Below, piece after piece: positions 26,735 through 31,583 of a DNA stretch of 31,583 nt. Below the pieces are notes generated by a model, which made no database searches, had not been told where the DNA came from, and saw only the letters and a program-made list of their open reading frames with translations. The position numbers and the translations under genes are program-made. Position 1 is the stretch's first letter. Each line of letters opens with the position of its first letter. Origin of the DNA: Armatimonadota bacterium (GTDB lineage Bacteria; Sysuimicrobiota; Sysuimicrobiia; Sysuimicrobiales; Humicultoraceae); assembly GCA_037446215.1 (NCBI GenBank), contig JBBIJB010000019.1:1-31583 (forward strand), written 5' to 3'.

Positions 26735-27913
26735 TCAGCGCCCGAGCAGCCTCACCGCGGCCGCGGCGAGCACCCGCGCTCCCACAACCATGGCCTCCTC
26801 GTCGAAGTCAAATCGCGGGTTGTGGTGGGCGCCGGTCAGGCCCCGCTCTTCGTTGCGCGAGCCGACCACGAAGTAGCAGCCGGGGGCGCGCTGGAGGAAG
26901 TAGGCCATGTCGTCGCTACCCATGGTGGGGTCCGACTCGAAGACGGCCTCGGGACCGACCGCCTCGACCGCCGCCTGACGCACGGTCTCGGTCACGCCGG
27001 CATCGTTGACCACCGGTGGGCAGCCGAACCGCGAGTTGATCGTGGCCTGGGCGCGCAGCGCGGCCGCCGTTTGGGAAACTATCTCCCGCATCCTGCGCAG
27101 GGTGTGCTCGCGAACCTCCTCCTTGAAAGCCCTCACCGTGCCGCGCATCTCCACGCGCTCGGGGATTATGTTGAAGGCGGTGCCCGCGTGTATGCTCCCG
27201 ATCGTGACGACCGCCGAGTCCAGCGGCGCCGTCTCCCTGCTGACCAGTGTCTGCAGCCCGGTGATCGCGTACGCGGCCGCCGCGATAGGGTCAATCGCCC
27301 TATGGGGTACCGCGCCGTGCCCTCCCCTACCGGTGATCTCGATCGTTATCTCGTCCGCCGAGGCGAAGAGCGGGCCCGCGCGGACTCCCACCCTGCCCAC
27401 CGGCGCCTCGTTCCAAAGGTGAAGCCCTATGACGCAGTCCACCCGAGGGTCGTCCATCGTGCCCGCCTCGATCATCGGCAGCGCCCCGGAGACCGCCTCC
27501 TCGGCCGGCTGGAACGCGAACACGACCGATCCCCCGATCTCGGAACGGTGGGCCGCGAACAGCCCTGCGAGCACCGCGGCGATCGCGGTGTGGCCGTCGT
27601 GCCCGCAGGCGTGCATGACGCCGGGGGTCTGGCTCCGATAGGGAACCTCGTTGGCCTCGTCGACCGCGATCGCATCGATGTCGGCACGCACCATCACCGC
27701 AGGCCCAGGGCGCGCCCCACGGAGGACACCTACGACCCCTGTGCCCGCCACGCCGGTGCGGACATCGAGCCCGGCCGACTCCAGCATCGAGGCAACCCTG
27801 GCGGCGGTTCGGCTCTCCTTGAAGGCCAGCTCCGGATGGGCGTGAAGCTCGCGCCGGAGGGCAATCATCTCGTCGCGGCGGTCTTCTATCCCTGAGAAAA
27901 GGCTGTTCAGCAT
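26735..27913 (-). CDS. M20D amidohydrolase (HipO/YxeP-like)
   Basis: RRELHAHPEL, RADIDA, MHACGHDGH, FQPAEE, GGHGA.PH and HHNPRF. Start uncertain (27913 or 27952). Confidence 0.93.
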   Translation of the reverse strand: MLNSLFSGIEDRRDEMIALRRELHAHPELAFKESRTAARVASMLESAGLDVRTGVAGTGVVGVLRGARPGPAVMVRADIDAIAVDEANEVPYRSQTPGVMHACGHDGHTAIAAVLAGLFAAHRSEIGGSVVFAFQPAEEAVSGALPMIEAGTMDDPRVDCVIGLHLWNEAPVGRVGVRAGPLFASADEITIEITGRGGHGAVPHRAIDPIAAAAYAITGLQTLVSRETAPLDSAVVTIGSIHAGTAFNIIPERVEMRGTVRAFKEEVREHTLRRMREIVSQTAAALRAQATINSRFGCPPVVNDAGVTETVRQAAVEAVGPEAVFESDPTMGSDDMAYFLQRAPGCYFVVGSRNEERGLTGAHHNPRFDFDEEAMVVGARVLAAAAVRLLGR

Positions 27914-27976
27914 CGGAACCCCCACGCAGTCGTCTTCGGCCGCGAGGCCCAAGACGGCAGACCTCGACCGTATCTA

Positions 27977-28065
27977 GTTCATCGTCCCGGGCGCGGACCC
28001 TGCCGCGCGCCCGCGGAGCCTACCCTAGGCTTACCCTGGAGGAAGCCCTTGCGCCGCCGGGGAAT
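27977..28065. promoter_or_regulatory. Divergent pair of AGGR-N17/18-GAA putative promoters
   Basis: Minus strand AGGG-N17-GAAC (27977-28001); plus strand AGGA-N18-GAAT (28040-28065). Confidence 0.45.
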
Positions 28066-28148
28066 AGATACCTCCAACCGCCGGCGGACAGGTGCAGGAG
28101 ATCCTGCGCGGTACGCTGCGCCGGTGGGCGAACCCCGCCGATACAGTC

Positions 28149-29138
28149 ATGGCACTCCTGCTCACGGAAGCCGAGGTAGCAGAGCTGCTCTCCATGGGCG
28201 AGCTGGTGGAGGCAGTGGAGAGGGGGTTCCGCTGTCTCGGGGAGGGAACGGCCCGCAACACCCCCCGCAGCCGCTCGACGGTCCCCGAAGCCACCCTCCA
28301 CGTCATGCATGCCTCGGTACCCGCGCTGGGGGTGGCGGGCGTTAAGTCGTACGCCTCCACACCGAAGGGTGCGCGTTTCGTGGCGATCATGTTCAGCCTG
28401 GCGGACGGCGAGCCGCTGCTCATCGCCGAGGCCGACCGGCTCGGCCAGATGAGAACCGGTGCAGCAAGCGGTGTGGCCACGCGCTACCTCTCCCGAGAGG
28501 AGTCGTCGACCGTCGCACTGATCGGAACGGGGTGGCAGGCGCGCAGCCAGGCCGAGGCGATCGCGTGCGTTCGCCCGATCTCGCTCTTCAAGGTCTTCGG
28601 CCTGTCCGCGGAGCGCAGGGAGGCCTTCGCCGTGGAGATGAGCGCGAAGCTCAAGGTCAGGGTGGAGGCGGCCGGTAGCGCCGAGGAGGCCGTCGAAGGA
28701 TCGGATGTGGTTGTCACCGCCACGAACTCGCGTGAGCCTGTCCTGCGAGGAGCGTGGCTGCGACCCGGAGTGCACATAAACGCCATAGGCTCCAACGCGG
28801 CCTCCCGCAGGGAGCTTGATGCAGAGGCAGTCCGGCGGAGCGATTTGATAGTGGCTGACTCGGTTGAGCAGGCAAGGATCGAGTGCGGTGACCTGCTCGC
28901 TTCGGAGCTGGCGAACGAGTCGATCTGGGATCGCGTCGGGGAGATGGGTGCGATCGTGGCAGGAAGGGCTCCGGGAAGAAGACGGGACGCCGAGATCACC
29001 CTGTTCGAGTCACAGGGCATCGCCACCGAGGACGTGATGGCCCTCGAGCTCCTCTACAGGAGGGCCAAGAGCGCGGGCACGGGCCGACAGATCCCCCTGT
29101 CGGCAGGTCTCGCAGCAGCGCGCCGAGACAGGCAGTAA
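28149..29138 (+). CDS. Ornithine cyclodeaminase/mu-crystallin family protein (possibly an alanine dehydrogenase or imine reductase)
   Basis: GVKSY, RTGAASG, IGTGWQA, HINAIGS, RRELD and FESQGIATED. Start uncertain (28149 or 28092). Confidence 0.92.
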   Translation: MALLLTEAEVAELLSMGELVEAVERGFRCLGEGTARNTPRSRSTVPEATLHVMHASVPALGVAGVKSYASTPKGARFVAIMFSLADGEPLLIAEADRLGQMRTGAASGVATRYLSREESSTVALIGTGWQARSQAEAIACVRPISLFKVFGLSAERREAFAVEMSAKLKVRVEAAGSAEEAVEGSDVVVTATNSREPVLRGAWLRPGVHINAIGSNAASRRELDAEAVRRSDLIVADSVEQARIECGDLLASELANESIWDRVGEMGAIVAGRAPGRRRDAEITLFESQGIATEDVMALELLYRRAKSAGTGRQIPLSAGLAAARRDRQ

Positions 29139-29152
29139 AAGGAGGGTAGACC

Positions 29153-30643
29153 GTGACCGTACGAGTGGCAGTCGCCGATCCGACCGCCTACCGCTGTGAC
29201 GCAATGGTCGTTGGTGTGTTCAGCGACCAGCCCCACCTGGACGGAACCGCCGCCAGGATAGACCATGCCCTGGGCGGGCAGCTGACCCGCGCCATGGAGG
29301 AGGAACGGTTCACAGGCGATGCGGGCAAGGTCCTGGTGATCCACGCCCACGGCCGCCTGCAGGCAGGCCGGATCGTCGCGGTGGGCCTGGGAGAGCGGAC
29401 CTCTCTCAGCCTCGACCGGGTGCGCCTGTCCTCAGGGGCTGCCGCCCGCGAGGCCCAGAGCCGGCATGTGGCACGCCTCGCGATCCCGCCGGTGCAGCAC
29501 GGAGAGCTCGAGCCCGCGGGCGTAGCGTCGGCCAGCACCGAAGGTGCGCTGCTCGCAACGTACTCCTTCTCCCGGTATCGGAAGGAGAAGCAGGCGATCC
29601 CGGACATCGACCTGCTGGCGGCCAACAGGGCGGAGGCCACGGCGCTCGAGGCGGGGCGGCGGAGAGGGCAGACGATCGCCGACGGCGTCAACTACGCGCG
29701 CGACTTGGTCAGCGAGCCGGCGAACGTGATGACGCCGGCGGCGCTGGCGACGGAGGCCCGGCGCCTCAGCCGGAACTCCAGGTTGAAGGTTCGTGTGCTC
29801 GGCCCGAAGGAGCTGAAGGCCCAGGGGATGCAGCTGATCATGGCGGTGGGGGGAGCCAGCGCCCATACCCCCAGGCTGATCCTGATCGACTACACGCCGG
29901 CCCGTGCGAAGCGCACGGTGGCCCTCGCCGGCAAGGGTGTGACCTTCGACAGCGGCGGCCTCGACATCAAGCCCGCGGATGCAATGGCGACCATGAAGGG
30001 CGACATGGCCGGTGCGGCAGCGGTGCTGGCGACGATGCGGGCGCTGCCCCTGATCGGCCCGCCCGTGCGGGTGACGGCCGCCATCGCGGCGGTCGAGAAC
30101 GCCGTGGGAAGCCGGTCGATGAGGCCTGGCGACATCTTCAAGGGGCTGAACGGAACGGTCGTCGAGATCACCAACACCGACGCCGAGGGCCGCCTGATCC
30201 TCGCGGACGCCGTGTCGCACCTGGCCCAGGGTAAGCCCGACGAGATCGTCGACGTTGCCACCCTGACGGGGGCGGCGCGGATCGCGCTGGGCCCGTACGC
30301 CGCCGCGGTCATGGGCAGCGACCAGGAGCTCGTCGAAGGGCTCGTGGGAGCGGCGATGCGCGCCGGCGAGAGGCTGGTGCCCCTGCCGCTCTTCGAGGAG
30401 TACCGCAGGGCGATGCGCAGCGACGTTGCCGACATCAAGAACTCCGGCACCCGCTGGGGCGGCGCACAGAAGGGAGCGATCTTCATAAGGGAGTTCACGG
30501 GGGGCATTCCGTGGGCGCACCTGGACATCGCTTCGGTAGCGGTCCTGGAGAGCGAGGAGGGAACCAACGCCTGCCAGCCCAAGGGCGCGTCGGGCTACGC
30601 CGTACGCACGCTGCTGGAGTACATAGCCGGGTCGAGCCGCTAG
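29153..30643 (+). CDS. pepA: Leucyl aminopeptidase (M17)
   Basis: GKGVTFDSGG, MKGDMAGAA, NTDAEGRL, ATLTGA and WAHLDIA. AGGAGG RBS. Confidence 0.96.
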   Translation: MTVRVAVADPTAYRCDAMVVGVFSDQPHLDGTAARIDHALGGQLTRAMEEERFTGDAGKVLVIHAHGRLQAGRIVAVGLGERTSLSLDRVRLSSGAAAREAQSRHVARLAIPPVQHGELEPAGVASASTEGALLATYSFSRYRKEKQAIPDIDLLAANRAEATALEAGRRRGQTIADGVNYARDLVSEPANVMTPAALATEARRLSRNSRLKVRVLGPKELKAQGMQLIMAVGGASAHTPRLILIDYTPARAKRTVALAGKGVTFDSGGLDIKPADAMATMKGDMAGAAAVLATMRALPLIGPPVRVTAAIAAVENAVGSRSMRPGDIFKGLNGTVVEITNTDAEGRLILADAVSHLAQGKPDEIVDVATLTGAARIALGPYAAAVMGSDQELVEGLVGAAMRAGERLVPLPLFEEYRRAMRSDVADIKNSGTRWGGAQKGAIFIREFTGGIPWAHLDIASVAVLESEEGTNACQPKGASGYAVRTLLEYIAGSSR

Positions 30644-30675
30644 AGCGAAGAGCCAAGAGGAACGTCATCGGATGG

Positions 30676-30710
30676 GCAGAGGGGGGAGCGGGCTCCGCTC
30701 CCCCCTCTGC
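30676..30710. terminator. Hairpin between convergent pepA and pntB
   Basis: GCAGAGGGGGGAGCGG-GCT-CCGCTCCCCCCTCTGC. Confidence 0.7.
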
Positions 30711-30735
30711 TCTCGCGTCGACCGATCTCCGTCGA

Positions 30736-31446
30736 CTACACGCGCTCGAGCTCCTGCATTATCTTGACCAGTCCGTCCCGACCGTCCGCGAACAGCATCC
30801 TGGTCCTGTCGAGGTAGAACAGCTCGTTGTCGACCCCCGCGAAGCCGGGGTTCAGGCTGCGCTTTATCACGATGACGTGGGCGGCCTTGTCGACGTCCAG
30901 GATCGGCATACCGTAGAGGGGGCTGGACTTGTCGTGGCGGGCCGCGGGGTTCACGACGTCGTTTGCCCCCAGCACCAGGGCGACGTCCGCCTTCGGGAAC
31001 TCGGGGTTGATCTCGTCCATGTCCAGCAGCTTCTCGTACGGCACGCTGGCCTCGGCGAGCAACACGTTCATGTGACCGGGCATGCGCCCCGCGACCGGGT
31101 GGATCGCGTACTTGACATCGACGCCGCGCCGCTCGAGCGCGTCCGCCAGGTCGCGCACCTCGTTCTGCGCCCTCGACGCCGCCAGGCCGTAGCCGGGCGC
31201 GATTATCACCGATTTCGCGTACCCGAGCAGGATCGCGGCCTCGTCGGGCGTTACCGACTTCACCGTCGGCCCGGCGGTCGTTCCCGCGGCCCCCACCACC
31301 GCCACCTCTGCTCCGAAGGCGCTGAAGAGGACGTTGGCGAGCGAGCGGTTCATCGCCCAGCACATGATCCGTGTGAGGATGACGCCCGAGGACCCAACCA
31401 GAGCGCCGCTGACGATGAGGACGTGGTTCTTCAGCACGAAGCCGGC
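30736..31446 (-). CDS. pntB: NAD(P) transhydrogenase beta subunit, C-terminal part only (last TM helices plus NADP(H)-binding domain III)
   Basis: GALVGSSG.IL..IMC.AMNRS, PGYGLA, IHPVAGRMPGHMNVLLAEA, GANDVVNPAA and KRSLNPGFAG. Similarity to PntB ends near 31446. Confidence 0.93.
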   Translation of the reverse strand, partial: AGFVLKNHVLIVSGALVGSSGVILTRIMCWAMNRSLANVLFSAFGAEVAVVGAAGTTAGPTVKSVTPDEAAILLGYAKSVIIAPGYGLAASRAQNEVRDLADALERRGVDVKYAIHPVAGRMPGHMNVLLAEASVPYEKLLDMDEINPEFPKADVALVLGANDVVNPAARHDKSSPLYGMPILDVDKAAHVIVIKRSLNPGFAGVDNELFYLDRTRMLFADGRDGLVKIMQELERV

Positions 31447-31583
31447 GAAGAACGTGAAGAAGCCCACGACACCACGCAGCAGACCCATCGCGGTTCCCGA
31501 CGCCAGGATCGAGGTGGAGTGCAGCTCCTTCTCCTCGAGCGGCGTCTCGAAGTCGTAGCGGTGCGCCTGGTAGAGGTCCACGT

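Noticed and set aside
28149..29138. OCD-family gene as SbnB partner of the SbnI-like kinase (diaminopropionate synthesis)
   Set aside because: About 24 kb away, with no SbnA-like enzyme or siderophore/NRPS genes; context is peptide catabolism.
21676..30710. GGGGGGAG-containing hairpins at 21676 and 30676 as a REP-like repeat family
   Set aside because: Only two copies with a short shared core; simpler to explain as terminator or stability hairpins.

Overview
High-GC bacterial chromosomal segment, mostly housekeeping and metabolic genes. I found no mobile element, prophage or CRISPR array. Left part (minus strand): lipB, an SbnI/SerK-like ParB-fold serine kinase, a Mec/JAMM peptidase, an Rrf2 regulator, a SigR/SigH-like ECF sigma with its zinc anti-sigma, ridA, tRNA-Gln(UUG) and glmU. 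Next come a DtxR/MntR regulator, a secreted protein and a NEW3-domain/ABC-2 exporter operon. A stand-alone trpB2 is controlled by a complete Trp T-box riboswitch. The middle holds a divergent COG3044-type ATPase, ccdA coupled to an S41 protease, csp, yggT, a small Lrp/AsnC protein, and speD coupled to AEC and MFS transporters. The right part is a peptide-scavenging cluster: dppABC-like genes, a GGDEF protein, two M20 peptidases (one frameshifted), an OCD-family enzyme and pepA. The window ends in a pntB fragment whose last ~135 nt look chimeric. The best candidate for an undescribed system is an O-phosphoserine hub (free-serine kinase, Mec, Rrf2, redox sigma, RidA, with T-box-controlled TrpB2 nearby). 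Also notable are an exact SigR-type autoregulatory promoter and a recurrent AGGR-N17/18-GAA promoter motif. All family calls come from motif recognition by eye; no database searches were run.
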